Virus record (IMG/VR): IMGVR_UViG_3300044233_001648
Location: 1-29,944 of that record
Direction: 5' to 3' (one strand)
DNA from: a virus
Taxonomy: Duplodnaviria; Caudoviricetes
Length of the DNA stretch: 29,944 nt
The translations under genes and the position numbers were made by a program. How positions within the stretch are numbered: the first letter of the stretch is position 1; each line of letters opens with the position of its first letter. The notes beneath the pieces were generated by a model that saw only the letters and a list, made by a program, of their open reading frames with translations, searched no databases and was not told the DNA's origin. Below, piece by piece: positions 1 through 9,767 of the stretch.

Positions 1-1
1 A

Positions 2-1123
2 GTAGACTTTGATTGGTTAGTGGATACGACAGAAAAGTTTTGTAAAGATAAGGCGATTTACAATGCGGTTGTTGAAGGTATTTCAATCATTGATGGAAAA
101 GATAAGAAACGCAGTCCAGATGCTATACCTAGCATCCTTACTGACGCCCTTGCAGTTTCATTTGATAATGCTGTCGGGCATGATTATTTTGATGATAGTG
201 ATAAACGGTTTGAGTTTTATCATAAGATAGAAGAACGCATACCATTTGATCTAGACTTTTTCAACAAGATTACAAAAGGTGGTTTGCCACAAAAGACTTT
301 GAATATCGCACTTGCTGGAACTGGTGTCGGTAAATCTTTGTTTATGTGTCACATGGCTGCAAACTGTTTGTCTCAAGGTAAGAATGTTTTGTATATTACT
401 TTGGAGATGGCAGAGGAACGTATTGCAGAACGTATTGATGCAAATCTTATGAATGTTTCTATGGAAGATTTACATGATCTGCCCAAGAAGATGTTTGATA
501 ACAAGATTGCAAGTCTTATGAGTAAGACAAATGGTAAGTTGATTGTCAAAGAATATCCAACTGCATCTGCACACAGTAATCACTTTCGTGGATTAATAAA
601 AGAACTTGCAATTAAAAGAACCTTTAAACCAGATATCATATTCATAGATTATCTAAATATATGTGCATCATCTAGGTTCAAAGGAGCTACAAATGTTAAT
701 TCGTACTCTTATATCAAATCTGTTGCAGAGGAACTACGAGGGCTTGCCGTTGAGTGTAATGTTCCAATTATGTCGGCAACGCAAACAACGAGGGGTGGTT
801 TCACCTCAACGGACATCGGGCTTGAGGACACATCTGAATCGTTCGGCCTCCCTGCGACTGCTGACTTCATGTTTGCACTCATCTCCAACGAGGAGATGGA
901 AGAACTTGGACAGATACTTGTCAAACAACTCAAGAACAGATACAACGATCCAACAGTGAATAAAAGATTTGTTATTGGTATTGACAGATCTAAAATGTTG
1001 TTATACGATGTGGAAATGAAAGAACAAGATGACTTGGTTGATAATGGGCAAGAACCAGTATTTGATAAAACATCTTTCGGTGTAAAGTTCAAAGAAAACA
1101 AGTATGACGACTTCAAGGTTTGA
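2..1123 (+). CDS. 41: T4 gp41-like replicative DNA helicase (DnaB family), 5'-truncated by the window edge
   Basis: Walker A AGTGVGKS, LYITLEM, IFIDYLN, SATQTTR and LKNRY motifs. The frame is open from base 2, upstream of the listed GTG start at 20. Confidence 0.95.
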   Translation, partial: VDFDWLVDTTEKFCKDKAIYNAVVEGISIIDGKDKKRSPDAIPSILTDALAVSFDNAVGHDYFDDSDKRFEFYHKIEERIPFDLDFFNKITKGGLPQKTLNIALAGTGVGKSLFMCHMAANCLSQGKNVLYITLEMAEERIAERIDANLMNVSMEDLHDLPKKMFDNKIASLMSKTNGKLIVKEYPTASAHSNHFRGLIKELAIKRTFKPDIIFIDYLNICASSRFKGATNVNSYSYIKSVAEELRGLAVECNVPIMSATQTTRGGFTSTDIGLEDTSESFGLPATADFMFALISNEEMEELGQILVKQLKNRYNDPTVNKRFVIGIDRSKMLLYDVEMKEQDDLVDNGQEPVFDKTSFGVKFKENKYDDFKV

Positions 1124-1128
1124 CCCAT

Positions 1129-1136
1129 TATAAATA
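1129..1136 (+). promoter_or_regulatory. T4-type late promoter (gp55) TATAAATA
   Basis: Exact TATAAATA in the intergenic gap after the helicase stop. Confidence 0.8.
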
Positions 1137-1172
1137 GTCATATAAAACTATTTGTACAAATGGGAGTTTGAA

Positions 1173-2501
1173 ATGGGATTACGAAAATATATTCGTCAAG
1201 TCAGACCGATTCAAGAAAACCACATAAAACCAGATAATAAGATTCAATTTCTTTTTGTTGAGGAAGTACAACTTCCTACAGAGGTTTTTGGTGGACTGCC
1301 TTTTGAAAAATCAGAAAGACAATCGTCAGCAAAAAGAACTGTTATAATTGTTCGTTCTAAAGATAGAGAAACGGACAGAGATGAAATACTTAGAAATTTA
1401 AATCAAGCAGGGATATCTGCAAATCTTGGTTCTGCACAATCTAGTGTTGACCCTATTGACGGCACACATGATGGAATGAACTTTCGTATATTCGTGAAGC
1501 CTAGTGCTGGTGGTATGCAAGAAACTACATTAAACGCTAGTATTACAGAACTCTTTCCATGTATCGCATATGAAACTAAACACAATCCTAGTGATGTAGA
1601 TGGTTTTCACAAATATTTAATGTCAGTAGAGGTATCAAAATTAAATTGTGTCGGTAGTAAAGATAGAGTAGCTGCACAAGAAACAATTAATAAGGCAGAT
1701 ACATCATCTAAGTTTGAAGAAAAAATGAACAATGCAATTGGTATAACTAGGTTTATCTATGATTCAAATAAAGATAAAGGAGTTAGCTCTGTATATTGGG
1801 GATATAGAACTAAACCAACTGGAGTTCCAAAAGGACACCCAGGCGATATGTTTTTAATATACAGTGATGGAAGTATTTTAGGAGTAAGTCTTAAAGCTGG
1901 TGGTAAAAAAACTTCTGAACCACAATTGAATACTTACACTAATCCAGTATTCAATGCATTTGGGCAACAAAAAAAACATGATTTACTTATGAGACAAGCA
2001 TATGCACAAGTATATTCAAAAATCCCAAAAATGCCACCAATGAATAAATTTACAAAAGACAGAAAGACACAACAAGTCTTGAGAGATTTTGATAAAAAAA
2101 ATAATAAACAGTACGAGGAATATTACGATCAATACTTAGAGATTATGAGAAAAGGTATTGTAGATTTATTTAATAGTGATAAGAAAAATTCATTAAGTTA
2201 TATTAAAACACAGGTATTAAGAGATGCACCAGATGTTCCAACTAAAGTAATTAAGGCTGTAGGGTTAGATTATGAAGAGGTACAAGATAAAGATGAACTA
2301 GGGGTATTTTTACCACAAGTTCAGTTTGTGAAAGCATATGCAAGTAAAACATCAAAACAAGATTGGTTTATTGAACTTAAATCTGGTTCAGATAAACTTA
2401 CAATGAAAATGTCAATACGAACAAATAAAGCTGGACACGCTGGACAAAAGAAGTTAGGACAATATAGTCTAGCAGTAAAATATAATGGACTTGTAAAGTA
2501 A
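1173..2501 (+). CDS. Hypothetical protein with a PD-(D/E)XK-like nuclease motif
   Basis: GGAG RBS before ATG 1173. GHPGDMFLIYSDGSILGVSLKAG resembles a PD...(S)xK restriction-endonuclease-fold active site. Function inferred only. Confidence 0.55.
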   Translation: MGLRKYIRQVRPIQENHIKPDNKIQFLFVEEVQLPTEVFGGLPFEKSERQSSAKRTVIIVRSKDRETDRDEILRNLNQAGISANLGSAQSSVDPIDGTHDGMNFRIFVKPSAGGMQETTLNASITELFPCIAYETKHNPSDVDGFHKYLMSVEVSKLNCVGSKDRVAAQETINKADTSSKFEEKMNNAIGITRFIYDSNKDKGVSSVYWGYRTKPTGVPKGHPGDMFLIYSDGSILGVSLKAGGKKTSEPQLNTYTNPVFNAFGQQKKHDLLMRQAYAQVYSKIPKMPPMNKFTKDRKTQQVLRDFDKKNNKQYEEYYDQYLEIMRKGIVDLFNSDKKNSLSYIKTQVLRDAPDVPTKVIKAVGLDYEEVQDKDELGVFLPQVQFVKAYASKTSKQDWFIELKSGSDKLTMKMSIRTNKAGHAGQKKLGQYSLAVKYNGLVK

Positions 2502-3742
2502 TGATTAGATTTGCAGAAATGTTGAATGAGGATCATGCTGGTAAGAATCTTCACTTGGAACACCTAGAAGATGAAATCATAAACAATGGTGTTGCTGGTG
2601 GCAGAGCTGCAATAAACTTTCTACGATCCCTAAGAGATATGTTAGCAGGCAACTCTCGTTCATCCATAAACATGACTGTCAAGTGGGATGGTGCTCCAGC
2701 AATATTTGCTGGTAAAGATCCAGAGGATGGTAAATTTTTTGTTGCAAAGAAATCAGTATTCAATGTAAGTCCAAAACTATACAAGACAGAAGCAGAGATA
2801 GATGATGATTTGTCTGGGGACTTGAACGCAAAGTTTAAGGTTGCACTTGCAGAATTTTCTAAACTAGGTATTGATGGTGTTCTTCAAGGTGACTTGATGT
2901 ACACCGATCTGGATACCACAACAATTGATGGTATTAAGTATTATACGTTTCAACCAAACACTATCGTCTATGCAGTTCCAGTGGATAGTGATTTAGGTGC
3001 AACGATGAACGCATCAAAGATAGGTGTGGTATGGCATACCACTTACACTGGTGATGCACTACAAGATATGAAAGCATCATTTGGTGTAGATATAAAAGGA
3101 TTGAATAAACCATCCTCAGTTTGGATGGATGATGCGACATACAAAGATGTTACTGGTAAAGCAACATTTAATCAGAAAGAAACAGAGAAAGTCACCAGTA
3201 TATTATCTAGGACTGGTAAAACTTTTCAAAAAATAAATTCTCCACAACTGACAAAGTTTCTCAAGTTACAAGATAGTTTTACTGGGACACTTGCTGGTGC
3301 ATCACTCAAGACATATAATAACAGTAAGGTTCGTGTTGGAGAAACGATTAAGAACCCAAAGGCTCATGCAAAAGGTTATGAGAAGTGGGTTGAGATGACA
3401 GTGCAAAAACAAATAGACAAAGCAAAGTCAGTGAAGGGTAAAGAAAAATATACAAAATTACAAAAAGAACTTGTAAGAGAAATCAGTAAACACACTAATA
3501 ATCTAGTTCAAATTATTACATTTCAAAATTTACTTGTAGATGCAAAAATGGAAATCGTAAAAAAACTAAATAGTGTTAAGGGATTGACAGATACGTTCAT
3601 CAAGACCGCAAATGGATTTAAAGTGACAAACCCAGAGGGGTATGTTGCGATTGATAGAGTTAGTGGTGGTGCTGTTAAACTGGTGGACAGAATGGAGTTC
3701 TCGTTTAACAACTTCACTGCGATAAAGGCATGGGACAAATGA
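2501..3742 (+). CDS. Conserved T4-like protein (DUF6267-like) with ATP-dependent ligase/capping-enzyme nucleotidyltransferase motifs
   Basis: KNLHLEHLED N-terminus, then TVKWDG (motif I KxDG), LQGDL (III-like), PEGYV (IV) and VKLVDR (V-like) in the expected order. Confidence 0.65.
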   Translation: MIRFAEMLNEDHAGKNLHLEHLEDEIINNGVAGGRAAINFLRSLRDMLAGNSRSSINMTVKWDGAPAIFAGKDPEDGKFFVAKKSVFNVSPKLYKTEAEIDDDLSGDLNAKFKVALAEFSKLGIDGVLQGDLMYTDLDTTTIDGIKYYTFQPNTIVYAVPVDSDLGATMNASKIGVVWHTTYTGDALQDMKASFGVDIKGLNKPSSVWMDDATYKDVTGKATFNQKETEKVTSILSRTGKTFQKINSPQLTKFLKLQDSFTGTLAGASLKTYNNSKVRVGETIKNPKAHAKGYEKWVEMTVQKQIDKAKSVKGKEKYTKLQKELVREISKHTNNLVQIITFQNLLVDAKMEIVKKLNSVKGLTDTFIKTANGFKVTNPEGYVAIDRVSGGAVKLVDRMEFSFNNFTAIKAWDK

Positions 3743-4122
3743 TAACATTTTTGGAACTTTACTCTGACATAAACGAGTTAAAGAAAGTAAATCTTGCACA
3801 AAGACGCAAACAAGCTCGTAGAATGGCAAAGATAACTAAAACTGCCGCCTTCAAAAGAAAGGTAGAGTTATCTAAAAGAAAAGTTGCGTCACCAGAAAAA
3901 ATAAAAGTCAAAGCTGCAAAGTTGGCAAAGAAAAAAGTCCTAGACAAATTCTATCCACAATATAAAGAGATGCCTGTCCAACAGAGGGTCAAGATTGATC
4001 AGATGGTTGCGGCAAAGTATGGTGGTATGATTAATAAGATTGCAACAAGGTCTGTAAAAGTTGTAAAGAAAAAAGAACTAGAAAAAGTGAAACAGGCAAG
4101 AATGAGAAAACAAGATGCGTAA
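3739..4122 (+). CDS. Lys/Arg-rich hypothetical protein
   Basis: ATGA overlap with the upstream stop. Very basic sequence, tightly packed in the operon. Confidence 0.75.
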   Translation: MITFLELYSDINELKKVNLAQRRKQARRMAKITKTAAFKRKVELSKRKVASPEKIKVKAAKLAKKKVLDKFYPQYKEMPVQQRVKIDQMVAAKYGGMINKIATRSVKVVKKKELEKVKQARMRKQDA

Positions 4123-7100
4123 GTTTAGAGACATATTATCAGAGTCAAAGGGACAGATAGTATTTACCTTTGGTAGATTCAATCCACCTACAACTGGACA
4201 TGAGAAACTTATGGATAAAGTTTCATCTGTTGCTGGTTCTAATCCATATCGCATCTATCCATCTCAAACACAAAATCCAAAGAAAGATCCGTTGCCATAC
4301 TCTCTCAAAGTTGCATACATGAGAAAGATGTTTCCTAAACACAGAAGAAATATTATTGCAAGTAAAGACGGAAGAACTGCCATAGAAATCGCAGAAATGT
4401 TATACAAAGAGGGATTTACAGATTTGATCATGGTTGTTGGTTCTGATAGGGTCACAGAGTTCTCTACTTTACTCAATCGTTATAATGACGCACCAGACAA
4501 AAAAGGTAATCAGTTATTTAAATTTGACTCTATTGATGTCATATCTGCTGGAGAACGTGATCCAGATGCAGAGGGTGTTGAGGGAATGTCTGCATCAAAG
4601 ATGAGAGCAGCTGCAACTGCTGGAGACTTTGACTCTTTTAAGACAGGACTACCATCTGGTTTTAGAGATGCACTAAAGTTATATAATGATGTTCGCAAGT
4701 ACATGGGTATTCGTGAAGAACGAGAGATGGGAGATATGAATGACTTTGAAACTCTTAGAGATTTATATCTCACAGGTAAACTCTGGAATGTAGGAGATCT
4801 CGTAGAAGCAAATGGTGTAAAAGGTAAGGTCATTCGTAAAGGAACAAACTATCTGTCATTTGTAGATGAGAATAACAAAGTGCATAAAACATGGTTATAC
4901 GATATTGATATTGAAGAACAGAAAAAGATCACAAAGGTAAAACAAGCAAAGGGTGAGGTCGGAGATGTAAAAGGGACACAGCCTGCAAAGTATTATGCAA
5001 AAGGTGCTGGTGGTAAAGATATGAAGAAGTCCACTGCTGTTGCTCGTGCAAGATTTTTTGCAAAGGGAAAAGATAAACCTGATGACGATCCATCATCTTA
5101 CAAACCAGCACCTGGCGATAAGGGTAAGAAAACAAAACCATCACAATATACTCTAAAGTATAAGCAGATGTTTGGTGAAAAAGCAAAACAGGCAGTTGCT
5201 GGTGGTAAGGTTCAGAAACTTGTTACTGCTCATGGGTTAAAATACAAAGGTAAGAAATATGATGAAATAGATATGGAACTAAAAGGTATTGATAATAATA
5301 CTCAAATGGTTACATTTAATATTATTCATCCAAAAGAAATATTTGGTAATGAAGTAAAAGTACCATTTAAATCTTTGAGAAGAGGGCCTTTCATGGCAAC
5401 TGATACCTCAAAGATAGATGAAAGAAAACTTACTGGAACAGAAAAAGAAAAACTAAAAGACCTAGAAAAGAAAATTTCAAAGAAAGATTTTACTGATAGG
5501 TATGGTAAAGAAGGTGAAGCAATATATTATGCAACTCTAACAAAGATGGCAAAAAAAGAGGATGTAGATATGGAGTTCTATCGTTTAGATGAGAAAATTC
5601 AAGGACTGGTTAACAAGTCAAAAGAAACAGGTGTGCCATACTCTATACTTAAAAAGAGTTACGACAGAGGTATGGCTGCATGGAAAACTGGACACAGGCC
5701 AGGCACTACTCCACAACAGTGGGCAATGGCAAGAGTGAACTCCATGTTAACAGGGGGTAAGGCAGATCCAGACCTACAACCTAAAGCAAGAGCCGCAAAG
5801 AAGAAAAAGAAGGCCGCAAAAAAGTCAGAAGAGTTTAGTAGTGTCCAAGAGTGGTTTGAATCAAACGAAACAAGAGCATCTTATCAGTTGAGACATGGAG
5901 ATGATTGGTGGTGGAAACTAAATGAAGTCCACGACAAGATGTTAGAAAAAACTGGTGAGTGTTGTGATGATTGTTCAGAAGAACTTGATGAGATGAAATC
6001 TAAAAGTTATGCTCTTGTGATTAAAGGAAAGGTTGTTGCTAAAGGGTCAAAGGCAGATATGATGAAACTCAAAAAACAAAAAGGTGGTGAACTTTATCTG
6101 TCGCCAGGGACAAAAATTGGTGACATGGTAGAGGAAGTTGAACTTGATGAAGCTAAATCCTCTACTGGTTACGAACTATATCACAATAGTTTTGCAAATG
6201 CGATGTCACACGCATATACGATGGCAAAGAAAATTCATCGTGTGGATATTGACAGAAATGAGATTGATGATAAAGTTGCAACTGGGCCTAGGAAACCATC
6301 TGTGGGTAAAACAAACAAGTACAGACTCAAGGGTAAAGGTGGAGTTATGCAAATCCAAGTTTACAATAGTGGAAATAAGATAAAACCATATGAGTTGAAT
6401 ATGTACAAAGAGGGTGTTGAACTTGATGAAAGTCTTGCTCGTAGAGATGCAAAAAGGGCAATGGCCAGAGACAAAGACATGAGGGCAAGAGGTGATGATG
6501 CAGATATTTCTGCCACACAGAAGGATGTAGAAAAGGCTGCAAATCATATCATCATGCAACTAAGAAAATCAGTTTCTATGAGAGGACAAAAAGACGTAGA
6601 ATTTGCAAGTGGTAAAGAAAAGGTATCACCTCAAATTGCACAAAAAGCATTGGATATGTATAATAAAAAGAAAACCTCTGCTGATAAATCAAAGTTCCAA
6701 ATGAAAATTGCAAAGTCCTATAGAGATTTACTACAAGGACTAAAAGAAAGTATTAATGAACAACCAGAACATGAAATCACAGTGGGTGATTATACCACAA
6801 AGTTTTTCTATATGTGTGGTTCTGCACAGAAGGTTATGAAAGCAAATGCAAATGTAGAGGGTGCAGAGGAACTCACTCGTATGCAAGATGATTTCTATGA
6901 GTTAGAAAAAGAGGCAATGGATGCTGGTGAAGCATCAGAGGAACAAAAAAAACAAGCAGTCGATTTATACAATAAAATTATGAAAAAGGCTGGTGAGATT
7001 GGACTTGCAGATGATATAGATGACTATATGAAAATGCATATTGATTCTATGATAAAGGGAAAACCAGAACTTGGTTTTGGTAGAACTGATGTCAAAGAAA

Positions 7101-7558
7101 GTCTATGGGCAAACATTCACAAGAAGAGACAAAGAATCAAAAGAGGTTCTGGTGAAAGAATGAGAAAGAAGGGTGATAAGGGAGCACCCACACCAGCACA
7201 AATGCAAAGAGCAAAAGGTGAAAACACTTTACTTAAATTTAATCAGATGGAACTAAAAAATGTATGGGGTGAAGTAACTGAAGCCGCAGAGTATCAAGGA
7301 AGAAAAGTTCAACTAAATAACCCTACAAAGGGTGATGTAAAAAAGTTTAAAGTATATGTAAAAAACGATAAGGGTAATGTTGTCAAGGTTGAGTTTGGTG
7401 ATCCCAACATGGAAATCAAACGAGATGACCCAGCAAGAAGAAAAAGTTTTCGTGCAAGACACAACTGCGACAATCCTGGCCCAAAATATAAAGCAAGATT
7501 CTGGTCATGTAAGTTTTGGGAAAAAGGCAAATCTGTCACAGATTTGATGAAAGGATAG
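4115..7558 (+). CDS. Multidomain protein: N-terminal HxGH-type (cytidylyltransferase/NMNAT-like) nucleotidyltransferase plus a string of small modules, possibly a polyprotein
   Basis: FGRFNPPTTGHEKL, VVGSDR and SASKMR nucleotidyltransferase motifs. Later modules include YDRGMAAWKTGHRPGTTPQQWAMARVNS (DUF5824-like, from memory) and C-terminal VKVEFGDPN...RKSFRARHNC (DUF6321-like, from memory), separated by acidic xLxE linkers. Confidence 0.8.
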   Translation: MRKFRDILSESKGQIVFTFGRFNPPTTGHEKLMDKVSSVAGSNPYRIYPSQTQNPKKDPLPYSLKVAYMRKMFPKHRRNIIASKDGRTAIEIAEMLYKEGFTDLIMVVGSDRVTEFSTLLNRYNDAPDKKGNQLFKFDSIDVISAGERDPDAEGVEGMSASKMRAAATAGDFDSFKTGLPSGFRDALKLYNDVRKYMGIREEREMGDMNDFETLRDLYLTGKLWNVGDLVEANGVKGKVIRKGTNYLSFVDENNKVHKTWLYDIDIEEQKKITKVKQAKGEVGDVKGTQPAKYYAKGAGGKDMKKSTAVARARFFAKGKDKPDDDPSSYKPAPGDKGKKTKPSQYTLKYKQMFGEKAKQAVAGGKVQKLVTAHGLKYKGKKYDEIDMELKGIDNNTQMVTFNIIHPKEIFGNEVKVPFKSLRRGPFMATDTSKIDERKLTGTEKEKLKDLEKKISKKDFTDRYGKEGEAIYYATLTKMAKKEDVDMEFYRLDEKIQGLVNKSKETGVPYSILKKSYDRGMAAWKTGHRPGTTPQQWAMARVNSMLTGGKADPDLQPKARAAKKKKKAAKKSEEFSSVQEWFESNETRASYQLRHGDDWWWKLNEVHDKMLEKTGECCDDCSEELDEMKSKSYALVIKGKVVAKGSKADMMKLKKQKGGELYLSPGTKIGDMVEEVELDEAKSSTGYELYHNSFANAMSHAYTMAKKIHRVDIDRNEIDDKVATGPRKPSVGKTNKYRLKGKGGVMQIQVYNSGNKIKPYELNMYKEGVELDESLARRDAKRAMARDKDMRARGDDADISATQKDVEKAANHIIMQLRKSVSMRGQKDVEFASGKEKVSPQIAQKALDMYNKKKTSADKSKFQMKIAKSYRDLLQGLKESINEQPEHEITVGDYTTKFFYMCGSAQKVMKANANVEGAEELTRMQDDFYELEKEAMDAGEASEEQKKQAVDLYNKIMKKAGEIGLADDIDDYMKMHIDSMIKGKPELGFGRTDVKESLWANIHKKRQRIKRGSGERMRKKGDKGAPTPAQMQRAKGENTLLKFNQMELKNVWGEVTEAAEYQGRKVQLNNPTKGDVKKFKVYVKNDKGNVVKVEFGDPNMEIKRDDPARRKSFRARHNCDNPGPKYKARFWSCKFWEKGKSVTDLMKG

Positions 7559-9479
7559 AGAAATGAAAAATACAACAAACATGACGGAACTTATGAAACA
7601 AGTTCAGGCCTTTGAGAAACCACAGAACTTAGATGAAGGGTTTGCCTCAGATGCACAAAGACGGGCTGCGTTTGCACAAGGTTATAAAGCAAAAGGTAAG
7701 AAGGACAAGAAAGATGAAGGAGTCCTTGATGAAGCAAAAGCAACTCTATCCAGATTTGGTGGAGACAGACTGAAGAGCTCTATTATGAATCTTGCAAAAC
7801 AGAGAGGTCTGAAAGTAAAAGATTTAGGTAAAGATAAGATTGAGATTTCTGGTAATCAAAAAGTGGTCATGGCAATCACACTTGCAGTTCAGAAGAAAGA
7901 TGTAAAGATTAACGAAGGCCCACCAAATACTCAAGCGACTCCAGATGTTGCTGCGATGCGGGCAGCCGGAAAGGCAAATGAGTTACCTAAAATTAAAGCA
8001 AAATCAAAACAGATGGTCGCAGTTGCTAAAGAAGAAGTTGATATTCAAGAAGATGGTCATACAGATGTTGCATCTGCAATTCGTCAGTGCAAGACTATAG
8101 TTGAGGATGCGATGCAAATCACATCAAAACTACAGACCATGAACCCAGAAGATTCACTACCAAGTTGGTGGACTAACAAACTTGCAGTGTCATCAAACAG
8201 TATGAATAAACTCAGAGACTATTTCTTAGTTCCAACCACAGAAGAAGTTGAACTAGAAGAGAAATCTGAATATGGCCCAGACATCAGAGGTGAGATAAGT
8301 CAACTCCAAAAAATGTTGAAGGGTTTGGAAAGAGGTAAGAAAACTCCTGGCAAGGGATTTGCAAAAATAAAAATCAAGGAATTAATTGCAGATTTAGAAA
8401 AAAGACAGGCACAGGATGATGCTGTAATTAAAATGCGTGGTGAAGAAGTTGAACTTGATGAGGTTGCTGGCGATTTATCAGATATGAAAAAATTAGTTGG
8501 TGAGTTACAGAACGCATCAAAGATGCATCTTGCACAATCTAAAAGAGTTAAGGCTCATGTAGATATGATGAAGGGTTCAAAAGATTTAGAACCAATTGTT
8601 GGTGAGTTAGAAAAGGCATCTCAAGCACACCAAAGACAATCAAAGACGATTGATGCACATATTAAAGGTATGAAAGAATACATTGAGGATGAACTTGATG
8701 AAATGAAAGAACCATTTGTAGTAGTTGATACTGCTGATGGTAATAAGGTTGTTGGAACTGCATCTGATGAGAAAGGTGCAAGATCAATCATTACTACTTC
8801 TCAACTACCACCAATGAGAATCAAAGATAAAAAGACTTTGAAGATTGTTAAGGTGAAAAAGAAACAAATGATTGGACAACCAATCAAAGAAGAAGTTGAA
8901 CTTGGTGAGGGATATGAGAAAGAGGTTCTTCTTGTTCTTAAAGATGCTGGTATCTCTGGAAGTTTCAGAAGTGGTAGACTTTATGTGGACAAACAAGATG
9001 TGAAGGATGCAAGATCAGCTCTTAAAGACTCAGACAAATTTAGATCTTTACCAAGGATAGTGGGTGAAGAAGTTGAACTTGATGAACGAGACAAAAAAAA
9101 TAGGTATGTAAGACCTATGGATAGAAAATTTAGTGATACTCAAAAGTCAAATATACAAATCAATCAAGAGGTTCAAGGATTATATGATAGAATTATGGGT
9201 AAAACTGGTATCAAGTACAAAAGAGAATATATGAGAGGGGTGCCTGGACGTAAAAATAAACAAACTCATGCTATCGTTGTTAATAAAAAAGATAAAAATG
9301 CAGCTAACAAAGCAGTGAAAAACTATAATTTTTCACCTATTGAAAAAGAGGTATTTGTAAGAAAAGGTCATTTTGTTGTTGTTGCAGTTGATAATCTAGA
9401 TGATAGAGACAGTTGGTACGATAAAGGTATGCAATCATTAAAACAAGAATATATTCCAGAAGGTCTTGAACTTGACGAA
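5978..9479 (+). repeat. Dispersed in-frame ~21-bp repeat, consensus GAAGAAGTTGAACTTGATGAA (EEVELDE)
   Basis: Copies at 5978, 6131, 6410, 8241, 8442, 8682, 8889, 9066 and 9459, plus a degenerate EEVDIQE at 8031. All are in frame within the two large ORFs. Confidence 0.85.
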
Positions 9480-9737
9480 AATGCATCAAAGGCGTTTGAC
9501 AGAATAATTAAAGATGGTGGGATTGACAAGAAAGATTTTCAAAAGGCAAAACAATTATACATGAAAAAAGATTTAACAGGCCTTAGAAAATTTATCTATA
9601 ATCTAGATACTGCTGCACTAGAGGCAATCATGGATGTCATTTCAAGAAATGATTCAAAGGCATTTATGAAGATGTATCCAAGATCACAAGGGGGTGACTA
9701 TATGTCAAGTATTGCATATGCTCACAGGAACGATTAA
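7563..9737 (+). CDS. Modular hypothetical protein (basic 60-130 aa modules separated by EEVELDE linkers), putative capsid internal polyprotein
   Basis: 724-aa ORF with at least 7 EEVEL(D/E/G)E-like linkers. Includes a module DGHTDVASAIRQC...LPSWWTNKLAV. Confidence 0.75.
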   Translation: MKNTTNMTELMKQVQAFEKPQNLDEGFASDAQRRAAFAQGYKAKGKKDKKDEGVLDEAKATLSRFGGDRLKSSIMNLAKQRGLKVKDLGKDKIEISGNQKVVMAITLAVQKKDVKINEGPPNTQATPDVAAMRAAGKANELPKIKAKSKQMVAVAKEEVDIQEDGHTDVASAIRQCKTIVEDAMQITSKLQTMNPEDSLPSWWTNKLAVSSNSMNKLRDYFLVPTTEEVELEEKSEYGPDIRGEISQLQKMLKGLERGKKTPGKGFAKIKIKELIADLEKRQAQDDAVIKMRGEEVELDEVAGDLSDMKKLVGELQNASKMHLAQSKRVKAHVDMMKGSKDLEPIVGELEKASQAHQRQSKTIDAHIKGMKEYIEDELDEMKEPFVVVDTADGNKVVGTASDEKGARSIITTSQLPPMRIKDKKTLKIVKVKKKQMIGQPIKEEVELGEGYEKEVLLVLKDAGISGSFRSGRLYVDKQDVKDARSALKDSDKFRSLPRIVGEEVELDERDKKNRYVRPMDRKFSDTQKSNIQINQEVQGLYDRIMGKTGIKYKREYMRGVPGRKNKQTHAIVVNKKDKNAANKAVKNYNFSPIEKEVFVRKGHFVVVAVDNLDDRDSWYDKGMQSLKQEYIPEGLELDENASKAFDRIIKDGGIDKKDFQKAKQLYMKKDLTGLRKFIYNLDTAALEAIMDVISRNDSKAFMKMYPRSQGGDYMSSIAYAHRND

Positions 9738-9767
9738 CAACTGCTAACACTTACGAGGAGAAGTAAA

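Noticed and set aside
1173-2501. Homing endonuclease or mobile element call
   Set aside because: No GIY-YIG, HNH or LAGLIDADG motif and no interrupted gene. Only a weak PD-(D/E)XK-like motif is visible.
5978-9479. EEVELDE DNA repeats as a CRISPR array
   Set aside because: The repeats are degenerate, in frame within ORFs and spaced by 150 bp or more at irregular intervals. No cas genes are present.
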